Notes under the pieces: generated by a model
What the model was told of the DNA's origin: nothing
Seen by the model: only the letters and a program-made list of their open reading frames with translations
Database searches by the model: none
Program-made: the position numbers and the translations under genes
Shown: positions 45,443 through 58,036 of the stretch, in pieces
Position numbering within the stretch: the first letter of the stretch is position 1
Layout of the letters: each line of letters begins with the position of its first letter
Assembly (NCBI RefSeq): GCF_009914755.1
Contig: NC_060947.1
Source: the human T2T-CHM13v2.0 reference genome, Homo sapiens
Length of the DNA: 64,000 nucleotides
Reading direction: 5' to 3' (one strand)

Positions 45443-46099
45443 AGTATGTTGACATGAAAGCTGCTAAAACTATAACAAAAAGACAGAAAGAGACTGTGAG
45501 AATCTTAGAGAAGAATAATTTAATATTTATTGTGCTCTAGTTTACTAAGGTCCAATTTAATTGTAGTTAAACAAAGTTAACAGATGACTCCAAAATCAAA
45601 GAGCCTCTTTGGAGAAGGTATCTGTGTTCTTTGCAGTTGATAGATGTGGTAGCTAACCTGTAAAAATGTCTGTACCCTTTGGCTTGCTTTTCTAGGTGTA
45701 TTTGAATCCCATCTCTGCAGTTTACTAGCCATATAAGCTTGAGCAAGTTATTGAGCCTCATTTGAAAAAAAATTGGGAACTATTGTGAAGATCAAATGAG
45801 TTAATATGCCTGAAGCAATTTTCTCATTCGTAAAAAGAAGTGATGGGCTTAGATTAGTGATTTTCAAAGTATTTTCAGATTTTCAAATTATGTTCAGGCT
45901 TCCCCTACTAGTGGAAAAGGAAATGGAGGTACACTGGTAGTGGCTGCAGGGTGGGGTGTGGCTTATGGCTGACCAGTGCTTCACCTCTGCCACCCTTTTC
46001 CATTCAACCAGAGTAGCTTTTATTTTGCCTGCTGTATCGTAGGTTTGGGTTCTATAAAAGATTACTTTTTGGAAGACATATTAAACATTTAAATGTCAC

Positions 46100-46325
46100 T
46101 TTCTTTGTGCTGAGCGGGGTTCTAAGTGCTTTTCATGTATCGGCTGATGTAATATTCAGAAAAAGCCTATTAAATGGGTGGTAATATGATCCCCATTTTT
46201 CAGATGAGAGAATTGAGACACAGACAAGTTAAGTAAATTGATCAAGTTCTTGAAGACAGTAAATAAGAGACACAGATTTCAGCCCAAGCAGTCTGGCTTC
46301 ACCACCCACGCTCTAAACCACTATG
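46100..46325 (-). mobile_element. MIR
   Basis: 'atccccatttttcagatgagagaattgagacacagacaagttaagtaa...cccaagcagtctggcttca...ctctaaaccactatgc'. Confidence 0.85.
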
Positions 46326-46581
46326 CCAAAACAAAATAAAATGAAACAAAACAAAACACTTTCTGTTGCTTAAAAAGTAAAAGGTAAACTTGAGAACTCC
46401 ATTAGACTAATCAAATTCTAAGGACCTTTTAGCTTTAAAAAGTCCATCGTTCTACCATGAGGTAAGTAAACTAGTATCAGCATTTAGTCACAGGGTAGGC
46501 CCAAGATCAACTAAATCTATAGTGATTTTTTTTCTGCACAGGATTGTAACTAGTGAGGATACAGGATATAGGATATCCTAT

Positions 46582-46822
46582 TCCCACAAGATCTTGTTTA
46601 AAAGTGGGTGGCACCTCCCCGCATCTCTCTTCCCCCTGCTCTGGCCATGCAAGACGTGCCTGTTTTCTGCTTGCCTTCTGCCATGATTATAAGTTTACTG
46701 AGGCTTCCCCAGCCACGCTTTCTGTACAGTCTGCAGAACTGTGAGCTAATTAAACTTCTTTTCTTTATAAATTACCTAGTCTTAGGTATTTCTTTACAGC
46801 AGTGTGAGAACGGATTAACACA
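46582..46822 (+). mobile_element. MSTA-like LTR, 3' half only
   Basis: 'ttgtttaaaagtgggtggcacctcccc...ctgtacagtctgcagaactgtgagc...gagaacggattaacaca'. Confidence 0.85.
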
Positions 46823-47574
46823 GTTGACACTCCTGCTCCAAGGCAAATATTGTCTCTTGTTTGAGAGATACATTTAAGTCTGTCCAAAATATGATAAAAA
46901 GTTCCAGAAGTGCAGTCAGTTTAAAAAAAACCTGTCTATAAATAGCCAAATAATTTGGCTGATTTCTTTCCAAATGACTGAATATTTCACCATTAAGTAG
47001 AAAAAGCTTAAAACCATCAACATAAATGACAGAGAGAAGAAAACAGCAAGAGAAGGAGTTTCTGCCATAAGTCAGGTGGAAGTGTTTTTGTTTCTTTATT
47101 CAACACTGACTTTTGATGTCTTAAAGTGAGTCTGATTTGACAAGGAAGATACCAGAGAATAGAACGGAGACATGTGGAGGAGGCGAGGGTAACATTTTTC
47201 TGTGCACTGCCTTTCTTGGCATGACCTTTGTGAGGGAAAGAGGGAGGAAAAATGTGTGAGACAGTTCGGTGGCAAGTGAAATTACTGTGTTTAAGGGAAG
47301 CATAACATGCATGCCATGCTGGACAGATACAAAATATATCAGCATAAAAGTATGTTTGGTGTATTCTGTAAGTGCTAGTAAGGCTTTCGGAAAATATAGT
47401 CATTTTCTTCTCCAATATCCGTCACTTTCTAAATTGTAAAAGTCTTATTTCCAAAAAGAAAAAAACTCAGTAATACATGATGCGATCCTCATAAGCAAAT
47501 TATATATTAATAAGTATCATCCTAGTTGCCCTTTATTTACTGTTCACAAAAGACTAGTTATATCACATGTATAC

Positions 47575-47720
47575 ATTATAAAGTGCACTCAAGTTCTGTA
47601 TGGTCATTATTATTACGTCAGTTTTACAGACAGAAAACTGAAGTTCACAGAATTTGGGTAACTTGCACCACGTCTTGCGGCTACTAAGTGTCAGGGCTGG
47701 GATTTGAATACAGGTTTGCT
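47575..47720 (-). mobile_element. MIR
   Basis: 'cagttttacagacagaaaactgaagttcacagaatttgggtaacttgc...gctgggatttgaatacagg'. Confidence 0.75.
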
Positions 47721-49289
47721 TTTTATTTATTCTTTTAATGGAGGAAGAGATTGAGAAAGCCCTTAGTTTCACTGCCGTGAAGATACTTCTTTTCCAGAAC
47801 ATTATATATTTGATTGCCCTGATAATCAAATCTCTCCCTACTTCAACTTCTATTCTCAGATTAGGAGTTCCTGAAGGGCAGATGTCATCTACTTTATTTC
47901 TATTTTCCCACCAACTACCACAGTGGTTGGCACACGGTAGGTATTCAATACACTTTTTGAATGAAAGAATGGCATTTTTGCAAATATAAATTCAATAAAA
48001 CCACTTAAAGACACTCATACCCACATTTTGTCCATTCCTTTGCAGTGACAAGCCATGTTCTGAAAAGGAACAGACCAGTGCCGAGGAGCATGGATGTCCT
48101 CATTGAACAAGAAGCTCAGGCCACCTGACAGAGTTTCATTATAAACCTGAACAATTATGTATTTAAAACATAAGTGAATCGACGTTGTGTTGCTATGTAT
48201 CTTATAAGAAAAAAATTGTTGAAGGAAATATGCAGGTATTCTAGAGCACTGTTCTTCATTTTGAAAGCCAGGGACTATTTTCAGGACGCTTATTAACAGT
48301 CCAAAACATTAGCGTCCTCCTATCTACTCTATCATGCTTAGAAATCAAGTTTCACTTCTTATTAATGGCTTTAATAATTACTTTCATGTCCACACACAGT
48401 ACCATAAATCTTCTTTACAGCATAGTGCAATCAATGTTTTTCCTAGTTCTGTTGCATCTACTATTTGTATATTTGCGTATGTTGCAGAATGAAAAAAAAA
48501 ACAGAATTATATGTGCCATGGTTCTTACCAAAACTTGGCAAGATTATTATTGTTCTCTTCATCAATATAAATTCTAAATTCCTGTACTGGTCATCAAAGC
48601 CAGTGAAAATATAAGCTGTCTTTAAGCAAGGAATTATTGAATGTTAGGCTATAATAATTATTTCACTAAGTGACAGCTTTTGAAAAGTTAAAAAAATCTC
48701 AATATGAATGGTGAGAATGGTGATAGAGAATTTCTTAAGATGTATAGCTTTCTTATCTGAAGAGATAAGAAATTAAGTTAAGCTAAACTGAAACAACTTA
48801 TCTGTTTCAGAAACAGACTATAATTAGACTTTTTTAAATAATAGATTTTTTAATGAAAGAAAGAGCCATTGTACCACTGGTAATTAAAGATCTGCAGGAA
48901 AATCCAGGGGCTCTTCCTCATTTCTAAGATTGTCATTATACCCCAGGGCTACTGTCAGAAGCAGAAGTCTGTGCTGGATGCAGCAGACTGATGACCTAGA
49001 ATGATGCTTCTTAGGCCTGTAGGGAGAAGATCTAAGGCAAATTTTGTAACCAGAACAGCAGAACTCTGAAATCCAAAAACCAGCACAGTAGAATTCATAC
49101 ATTCAAATGAACTCCAGCTCCGTAATTGATTCTGTCACCCTTGTAATACCAAAAACATACAAACAATGCTGTCAGTACTCCAAACGTTTTTGTAAAACCT
49201 CATTGATAATTATCTGTAATGTTTGTCTATGAGCTGCTTAAAACAATCAGCTTTTTAACTCTACTGATTTTTGATCATGTCATACCACA

Positions 49290-49510
49290 TATTTTGAACA
49301 CCTGTCTTCAACAGACTTGACTCCAAATAGTCTCTGGTTTTTCCCCAAAATCAAATCCCTCTTCAAACAAACAAAAAAAAATCCACCAGTAAAAATATTT
49401 AATGAGAATTCCCAAGGTCTAAAAGCAATAACCAGAAATCCCAAGAAAATTTTTAACGAAGACAGTATTAGAACCAATGTACAGCCTGAGTCGATTATTC
49501 CTAAAGGATG
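49290..49510 (+). mobile_element. Ancient mariner relic (MARNA-like)
   Basis: 'ttgaacacctgtcttcaacagacttgactccaaatagtctctggtttttccccaaaatcaaatcc' is a decayed HPPYSPDLAP-D-WLFPKIK region. Confidence 0.55.
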
Positions 49511-49736
49511 CTCTCTCATTTTTATGCATATATATATCTTTTATGCAAGATAATATGTTCTAATGTGCACACATGCACTAATACATACCCATCCATTTGC
49601 ACTCACATAGAATTTCAAGAAATACACATAAAGAAAATTTATACCCTCTCGGGCATGTGAATGGAGAGTCAAGTGACCGGGGTGGGCAGGAGAGCTTTTA
49701 TTTTATTTTATATGTTCTGTTTGTAATGATATATCT

Positions 49737-49767
<31 letters not shown>

Positions 49768-50369
49768 TTACTGTATGTATTACTTTCATAATAACAAGGG
49801 AAGAAGTAAAGAAGGAAAAATATGAAAATAGAAATGAGTGAGGGAAGGAAAGAGAAAGAGAGAGGGGAGGAAAAAAGTAAAGTAGTTCCAAAAGTTAATA
49901 TCCTATTTTCCAGTCTTTTATGTTTATAATTCCATTTTGTACATTAAACCATTTTATGTGACTTTTTGTCTCCATGTTAAAAATGTGTGTTGTAAAGACC
50001 CTTATGTGTTATATGAAAGGAGTAATAGAGTTAAATTAGCAAATAATGCAAGCACAGTGACAGCTGCTATATTGAGTAAAGTGAGAAAGCCCTGGCAAAG
50101 GAAAAAATATCTGAAATCTGTTCAATGTTATCATGTTTTTATTGATCAATCTGTGGCCAATTAAAATAAACAATAAAAATACCCTTATCTAAGAGCAAAC
50201 TTCAGGATGATAATTAAGAGATATCCAATATCCATGAGGACAGGATATTGCACAGTGGAATACTGAAACCACTGACAGTTTCAGGGTTTCCTCCAGAGGG
50301 AGCTTCATGGACTATTCAAAAAATAAGTGACATAAGAGTGTGATTTCAGTTTGGACTGTATTTTCTATT

Positions 50370-51250
50370 GTACAATCCAATCTATTTGAAAGCAACAAAA
50401 TGAACACTTTAAAAATGTATCCATCCAAAAAGTATCATAAACACAATATAAAGACAAAAGAAAAAGTGGTGAATCTTGGCAGCATTTATGACAAACATGG
50501 GGCTAATTTTCTTAATGTTTGAAGAGATCTTAGAAGTCAATAATAAAAAGACCGATAACACAATAGAAGTATAAACAAAGCACACATAAAATTGATAAAA
50601 AAGAAATGCATATGGACAAAAAAAGTTCCATCTCATTCACTGTTTAAAACTGAAATGAGGAATCATTTTTTGCCTATCCTACTGACACAGATCAAACAGT
50701 CTGATAATATCCAGTGTTAATGCATCAACAAACACTGTGAAGTACTGTCAAAGGGAGTATAAATTGGCCCAACTATTGTATATGGCAATGCGGCAATAAC
50801 TTATCAAAATCTAAAATATACATTCCTTTTGACTAGACAATTTTATGTGTAATAATTTATTCTTCAGATATATTTTTGCACTGTCTTGTAAATAGATATG
50901 AAAGAGTGTCCATGCAGCATTTTCACAAGCACTGAAAAGAATGCAGAATTCCTCAGGAGGGAAATGTTTAGATTTTGGTGCATCTGCCTAATACTCGGAC
51001 TACTAGACAGCTGTTCAAAGAATGGTAAAGATGTATATATGGGGATACAGAAAGTTTTTAAAAAAACAATATTGACTGAAAAGTCAAGGGACAGAACAAT
51101 ATTTGGGGGAATACAGGAATATTGACAGTGGTTACTACTGTAATTGCAAGTGGAATGGGGTGGGGGTAAGTGCAGACTGGGGTGAGAGTGACTTTCCATT
51201 ACAAACTCTTCAATTGCTTTGAATTCTTTTCCTATGTATACATTACTTTT
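50370..51250 (+). mobile_element. L1ME-like 3' region
   Basis: 'atgacaaacatggggctaattttcttaat...gaagagatcttagaagtcaataataaaaagacc'; 'cattcctttttgactagacaatt'. Confidence 0.7.
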
Positions 51251-51251
51251 T

Positions 51252-51490
51252 AAGAACTTTATTTAGATATAATTCACATGCCATCCATTTAAAGTATAAA
51301 ATTCAATGGTTTTTAGTGTGTTTACATAGTCGTGCAACCATCTCTACAACTAAGTTTAGAACATTTTCATCATCATCACACACACACACACACACACACA
51401 CAAACTGTGCACCCATTAGTAGTCACTTCTCCTTTCCTGCTCTCTTCTTACCCCCTCACAACCAGTAGCCTACTTTCTGCTCTATGGAAT
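51252..51490 (-). mobile_element. L1MB-like 3' tip containing (CA)n
   Basis: 'agatataattcacatgccatccatttaaagtataaaattcaatggtttttagtgtgtttaca'. Confidence 0.75.
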
Positions 51491-51701
51491 TTCATTCATT
51501 TTTATGGATGAAAAAGGAATGAAATTGCCCCTAAAAGATATATCCCTAAAAGACAATCCACAATCAGAAGAAGTAGGACCTGAATAACACCCCATTCTCT
51601 TACTGTACAGATTTGTGATGATTTATTTTTTGTGTGAATAGCTAAGCCATGGTACCCATCTTCTGGTCAAACACAAGTCTGGATGTTGCTGTGAAGGTAT
51701 T

Positions 51702-52271
51702 AATATTTTAAAAAATAAACTTTCTTTTGTTTATTTAAGGCATATAACATGGGATCCATACCGATAGTAAAAAAGTTACTATAGCAAAGCAAATTGACAT
51801 ATCTATCATCTCACAGTTACCCATTTTTTTTTGTTTTTGTAGCAAAAGTAGCTAAAATCTACACAGTTAGCATGAATCCCGCAACAGGTCAATTTTATCA
51901 GCTATAGTCCTCATGTTGTACATTAAATCTCTAGACTTGTTCATGCTACATATCTGCTACTTTGTACTCTGACCGACATCTCCTCATTTCATCTTCCTCA
52001 ACCCCTAACTCTGCTAACCACTGTTTTTTCTCTATCTCTATATATTCAATTATTTTTCTTTTTAGATTCCACATATATAAGTGAGATCATGCAATGTTTT
52101 TTCCTTCTAAGTATTCATCAACAGACAAATGAATAAACTGTGGTACATATACACAAAGGAGTATTATTTAGTCCTGAAAAAGAATGAGATATTGCCATTT
52201 GCCACAATGTGAATAGGCCTGGAGGACATTATGCTATGTGAAATAATCCCAATACAGAAAGAAACATATTA
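51702..52271 (-). mobile_element. L1MA7/8-like 3' end with 5' inversion (plus segment ~52107-52271)
   Basis: Minus 3'UTR 'gtcctcatgttgtacattaaatctctagacttgttcat'; plus segment 'aaactgtggtacatatacaca...gccatttgccaca'; TSD ctgtgaaggt(a/g)tt (51689-51701 / 52272-52284). Confidence 0.85.
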
Positions 52272-52534
52272 CTGTGAAGGTGTTTTTTAGATATGATTAA
52301 CATTTAAGTCAGCAGACATGGAGTAAAGCCACTTACCTTCCATAATGCCTTCAATTGGTTGAAGGCCTTAAAAGTATGGAAGCCTCAAAAAAAAAAAATC
52401 CTACCTTCAGATTGCCTTTCAGACGCATGCTGCAACATCAACTCTTCCCTGGATCTCCAGCCTGCTGGTTTCCAAGCCCCATAACTGCGTAAGATAATTC
52501 CTTATAATCAATTTTTCTCTCTCCCCCAACTTTC

Positions 52535-52535
52535 G

Positions 52536-52602
<67 letters not shown>
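52535..52602. repeat. (CT)n(CA)n compound microsatellite within MLT2
   Basis: Seen directly. Confidence 0.95.
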
Positions 52603-52603
<1 letters not shown>

Positions 52604-52984
52604 CCTATTTGTTCTATTTCTCTGTAGAACCCTGACTAATACAAGATTCAATTAGTGTCAGTGTTAGAAAGTACTTTACAGATCACCTAAGTCAAATCCC
52701 ATCATTTTATAGGTGGAAAGACTGAGGATCAAAGAGTTTAAGTGATGTGTATGGGTCTACAGACAGATCTACAATGAAGGTAAAGTAATCTAAGGACCTC
52801 TAGAATGATAATTTGTCGCAAAAGTTTTGAAAAGTGCATAGGAATAAGGCTACAAATAGTGTTTTCAAATCTCTGTGGTCACGACACTTGAGACATAAGA
52901 TAAAATTATCAAATTATCATTTTAAAAATATATACAATGTGTTGAAAAACTTTCAGTTTTGTAGTTTCCCCAAACTACTTTATA

Positions 52985-53165
52985 ATATAATTATATGGTT
53001 CCTGGAGGCTAGTTATAATTGAATTATAGGGTGTCTTGTTCACATTCTAGCTGGTGAAAAAAATTGCTCAGCTCTGCTTTGTGGTTCTCTAAACACTGGC
53101 TAGAATACTCACGAGGCAGCTTATAATTCAATTATAACTTCCCTCTGGGAACCATATAATTATAT
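52985..53165. repeat. Long inverted repeat / fold-back element (72-bp arms, 37-nt loop); probable ancient palindromic DNA element
   Basis: Arms 52985-53056 and 53094-53165 align without gaps; 58 of 72 positions are Watson-Crick complementary (hand alignment). Confidence 0.9.
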
Positions 53166-54023
53166 AAAAAAGACCTAAGCCGTCATATGTTCTCCATTTA
53201 TTTTTTGTTATGAAAGGATTTGTCTAAAGTCTGATATTAAATTTGAATAGGTCTGAGTCAATTTGCACCTCAGAATTTAGCCAGATACTAAGATAATAAA
53301 ACCATATTCACCTAGCTGAATGATACTAGGAGTCGACCTGTTTATCCTCCAAATCATGAAATATAATTTTTTCTTTTTTCTTGGAGATTTTATATATATA
53401 TATATATACTTCCACACTGGTACACCCTCATGTTTTTAATTTAATTTGTAATTAAATTACTGAAAATTGTTGCATAATTACAACCGATTTGAATAGAAGA
53501 TGTTAATGTGTTATATCAATTAATTAACGGTTCAAAAGAGTATGTATTTTACAGAAATAAGAAATGGGGACAATTGATATTGATCTTATTCCAGGGAAAC
53601 TCTCTCTTCCTCTCTGCCTCTTTCATTTATTTATTTCCCAGATATTTGCTGAGTACTTGCTCCATGCCAAGCATTGTTTCCCTTAATGCCCACGGTTCTT
53701 TTGAGAATGCATGTGAGCTCATGACCGTGCATGCACACATGCATACCTCCTCTAGGAGAACATATCTCATATGAATTGCAAAGTTTGTCACTTAATTCCA
53801 CAAGGATTTTATATATGCCCCCTGTTTAGCATTGTGCTTGGCTACAGTATGTGGGAAACAAAGGAGTAGGTATAAAATAAACCGTACTCTTCAGAACCTT
53901 AAAGTTAAGCTGAAGAGATAAGGACAGCATACAAGTAGAGGAAACTCAGATGATGGCAACAAGATACAGTGAGGGTAGCTGTATGTGCAGAAGAGGAGGT
54001 GAAGCATGTCAAAAACTAATTCT

Positions 54024-54260
<237 letters not shown>

Positions 54261-54364
54261 AACTCTGTATGCCCCACAAGTTTGCCTATGAGATGTTCTG
54301 AAACTGTATCATGATTGCCCTAACAGTTCAATCCTTCAGTGTCTAACCTGTGTTCTCGAGCAAT

Positions 54365-54615
54365 AGAGTGAAAGGTTCAGATTCCAAACTATGAAATCAG
54401 AATGCAGAGCTTCCAGCTCTAACATTTGCTAATCATGAGATTTGGGGCAAGTCACTTAATGTCTCAATGCCTTCATATGATCATATGTAAGATGTAGATG
54501 GAGAAAATTATAGAATTTATCTCAAATGATTGTTTAAAAATGAAAAGAATTGATATGAAAAAAAATCACTTAGAATAGTTCCTGGCACATAGCATTTAAT
54601 AGATGTTAGCTATTA
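54365..54615 (+). mobile_element. MIR
   Basis: 'ttggggcaagtcacttaatgtctcaatgccttca...cacttagaatagttcctggcacatag...atgttagctatt'. Confidence 0.8.
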
Positions 54616-55759
54616 TAACACTTTTGTTGTTATCACTGCCATCTCCATAATCATCATCATCATTATCTGAGAAATACTGACAGAATAAAGGGGAAATTTC
54701 CATAAGATTAAGATATAGCTGCAACTAGGAACTTTTTGACAAAGCCGTATTTTTTAAATGGTGATTCTAAAAGATAAAAATCAGTGCATATAATCAAGAA
54801 TAAGGTCTGACTCACAAAACCTAATACAACTCATAAAAGATGTGGAGGCCAAAAAAGGCAGGACTGGAGACTTTTTTAGTTATATGAAGGGCAACATTAA
54901 AAATGAGTAAATAAGAGCATTGTTAAAGTCACTGTTGTAATGATGCTACTTGTCAAACAATTCCTGGAATCAATAGATAACCCCTACTTTGCATCTGCCT
55001 TTTCTGTCAAAGAGATTTACTTTTGAACCAGAAATAATAACAGAATCCTTAGTAAGAATAAATAAAAGACCAGTATTCATGAGGAGGTAGTGTTGAAAAT
55101 ATTTATGTTTCTGGGCCCTCATGAAAGATTTCCAAGAATATTGACTTAGCTCTGATACTAGGGAGCAATCAGCACCAGAAGCCAGCATGGGCACACTCTG
55201 AATATGTCTTGCCAGACTAACTTCAGTCCCCTTTTGAGCAGGCTGATTAAATTGACAAGACAGGGAAATGGGTAGATGTGCTTCACATTCAGCAAGGCAT
55301 TTTGCAAAGTATCTTATAATATGCTATTGGATGAGGTAAAAACTATGAGATAAATGACAGCACAATTAACACACAAATGAATGAACAACCATATTAAAGT
55401 AGCTGATTAATTTGTCTCTAGTGATCTCCTTTTCCTTGTCCTCTATGACATTTGTATCCAAGTCATGAGTGAGAAAATATAGTTTGTAAATAACAAAGAA
55501 CTAGTAGGAGTAACTAGCCTGTTGAATGACAATCATCATGCCCCAAATTCATGCCAGGATAGAACTATGAGCCAAATATAACACATTATAATTTCAGAGA
55601 CAGATACAAAGAGACTTCAAAACGTTCATGGAAGAAGCATATTATGAAGAAACTACGTATGGACTTCAATTTTTTTGCACCAAAATAAAATTGCACTAAC
55701 TTGTTATAACATGTGTGAACAGGATCTACTTTGAGGCACTTAGAAAGATATCTGTTCAG

Positions 55760-56728
55760 AGGCAACCACAGAATGGGAGAAAATTTTTGCAATCTACTCA
55801 TCTGACAAAGGGCTAATATCCAGAATCTACAATGACTCAAACAAATTTACAAGAAAAAAACAAACAACCCCATCAACAAGTGGGCGAAGCATATGAACAG
55901 ACACTTCTCAAAAGAAGACATTTATGCAGCCAAAAGACACATGAAAAAAATGCTCATCATCACTGGCCATCAGAGAAATGCAAACCAAAACCACAATGAG
56001 ATACCATCTCACACCAGTTAGAATGGTGATCATTAAAAAGTCAGGAAACAACAGGTGCTAGAGAGGATGTGGAGAAATAGGAACTTTTACACTGTTGGTG
56101 GGACTGTAAACTAGTTCAACCATTGTGGAAGTCGGTGTGGTGATTCCTCAGGGATCTAGAACTAGAAATACCATTTGACCCAGCCATCCCATTACTAGGT
56201 ATATACCCAAAGGATTATAAATCATGCTGCTATAAAGACACATGCACATGTATGTTTACTGTGGCACTATTCACAATAGCAAAGACTTGGAACCAACCCA
56301 AATGTCCAACAATGATAGACTGGATTAAGAAAATGTGGCACATATACACCATGGAATACTATGCAGCCATAAAAAAGGATGAGTTCATGTCCTTTGTAGG
56401 GGCATGGATGAAGCTGGAAACCATCATTCTCAGCAAACTATCGCAAGGACAAAAAACCAAACACCACATGTTCTCACTCATAGGTGGGAATTGAACAATG
56501 AGAACACATGGACACAGGAAGGGGGACATCACACACCGGGGCCGTTGTGGGGTGGGGGCAGGGGGGAGGGATAGCATTAGGAGATACACCTAATGTTAAA
56601 TGACGAGTTAATGGGTGCAGCACACCAACATGGCACATGTATACATATGTAACTAACCTGCACGTTGTGCACATGTACCCTAAAACTTAAAGTATAATAA
56701 TAAAAAAAAGAAAGAAAAATTAAAAAAA
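55760..56728 (+). mobile_element. L1PA4-like 3' end (~970 bp) inserted in the HSMAR2 5' region
   Basis: 'cctaatgttaaatgacgagttaatggg'; perfect 18-bp TSD AGAAAGATATCTGTTCAG (55742-55759 / 56729-56746). Confidence 0.95.
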
Positions 56729-56767
56729 AGAAAGATATCTGTTCAGGAGAGCACATATCAGAGTAAC

Positions 56768-58036
56768 ATGAATTCTAATATTGAAGCAAGAAAAAAACAA
56801 TATTTATGGCAAAGTTTGTGTAGAAGAATAGTGAAATCATTGATGCTTTACACAAAGTTTATGGGGACAATGCCCTCCCCAAATCAGCAGTTTACAAGTG
56901 AACAACTCATTTTAAGAGGGGATAAGATGATGTTGAAGATGAAACCCGCAGTGGCAGACTATCCACATCAATTTGTGTGGAAAAAAATAATCTTGTTTGT
57001 GATTTAATTGAAGAAGACCAATGATTAAGAGCAGAAACAATAGCCAACACCATAGACATCTTTTTTTTTTCTGCAAGCTCCGCCTCCTGGGTTCATGCCA
57101 TTCTCCTGCCTCAGCCTCCTGATTATCTGGGACTACAGGTGCCCACCACCGCGCCTGGCTAAATTTTTTGTAATTTTAGTAAAGACAGGGTTTCACCATG
57201 TTAGCCAGGATGGTCTCGATCTCCTGACCTCGGGATCCACTGCCTCAGCCTCCAAAGTGCTGGGATTACAGCCAACACCATAGACGTCTTAAGTGGTTCA
57301 GCTTACACAATTCTGACTGAAAAAATAAAGTTGAGCAAATTTTCCACTCGATGGGTACCAAAACTGTTAGTCCCAGATCAGCTGTAGGCAACAGCAGGGC
57401 TTACAGTAGAAATTGAAAACAAGTGGGATCAAGATCTTGAAGCATTTCTTCAAAGAATTGTAACAGGGGATGAAAGATGGTTTTACCAGCACAATCCAGA
57501 AGACAAAGCACGATCAAAGCAATGGCTATGAAGAGATGGAATGGTCCAGTCAAAGCAAAAGCAGACAGGTCAAAAACACAGGTCATGGCAACATTTTTTG
57601 GGGAATGCTCAAGGTGTTTCACTTGTTGACTTTCTGGAGGGCCAAAGAATGATAACAGCTGCTTATTATGAGAGTGTTTAGAGGAAGATTTAGCAGAAAA
57701 ATGTCCAGGAAATCTTTAACAAGCGTTTTTCTCCACCAGAGCAATGCTCCTGCTCATGCCTCTCATCAAACAAGGGCAATTTTGTGAGAGTTTCAATGGG
57801 AAAGCATTAGGCATCCACCTTACAGTCCTGATTTGGCTCCTTTTGACTTCTTTTTGTTTCCTAATCTTTAAAAATCTGTAAAGGCCACCCATTTTTCTTC
57901 AGCTAATAATGTAAAAAAGACTGCATTGACATGGTCAAATTCCCAGAACCTTCAGTTCTTTAGAGAAAGACTAAATGGCTGGTATCATCACTTACAAAAG
58001 CGTCTTGACCTTGATAGAACTTATGTTGAGAAATAA
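56768..58036 (+). pseudogene. Hsmar2 transposase, inactivated (frameshifts, stops, Alu insertion)
   Basis: ATG 56768 (MNS.IEAR); motifs RWVPK, IVTGDE, HQSNAPAH (second catalytic D lost) and HPPYSPDLAP.D; stop TAA 58034-58036. Confidence 0.9.
57061..57270 (-). mobile_element. AluY, 5'-truncated and missing its last ~53 nt before the tail
   Basis: AluY diagnostics 'ctgcaagctccgcctcctgggttcatgccattctcc', 'ttagccaggatggtctcgatc'; ~21-bp TSD agccaacaccatagac(a/g)tctt. Confidence 0.92.

Larger units (their letters stand above)
51614..52643 (+). mobile_element. MLT2 (MLT2C/D-like) ERVL solo LTR, split by an L1MA insertion
   Basis: TGTGATG...CCCTGACTAATACA termini with perfect 5-bp TSD AGATT (51609-51613 / 52644-52648). 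Confidence 0.9.

Noticed and set aside
47017-47415. 132-aa minus-strand ORF in unique sequence
   Set aside because: TTG start, no recognisable homology or convincing splice boundaries; compatible with chance.
48880-49030. Minus-strand acceptor TCTTCTCCCTACAG|G at 49016
   Set aside because: No convincing donor downstream and no other support.
53437-53459. TAATTTAATT-tgt-AATTAAATTA hairpin
   Set aside because: AT-only 10-bp stem expected by chance in this composition.
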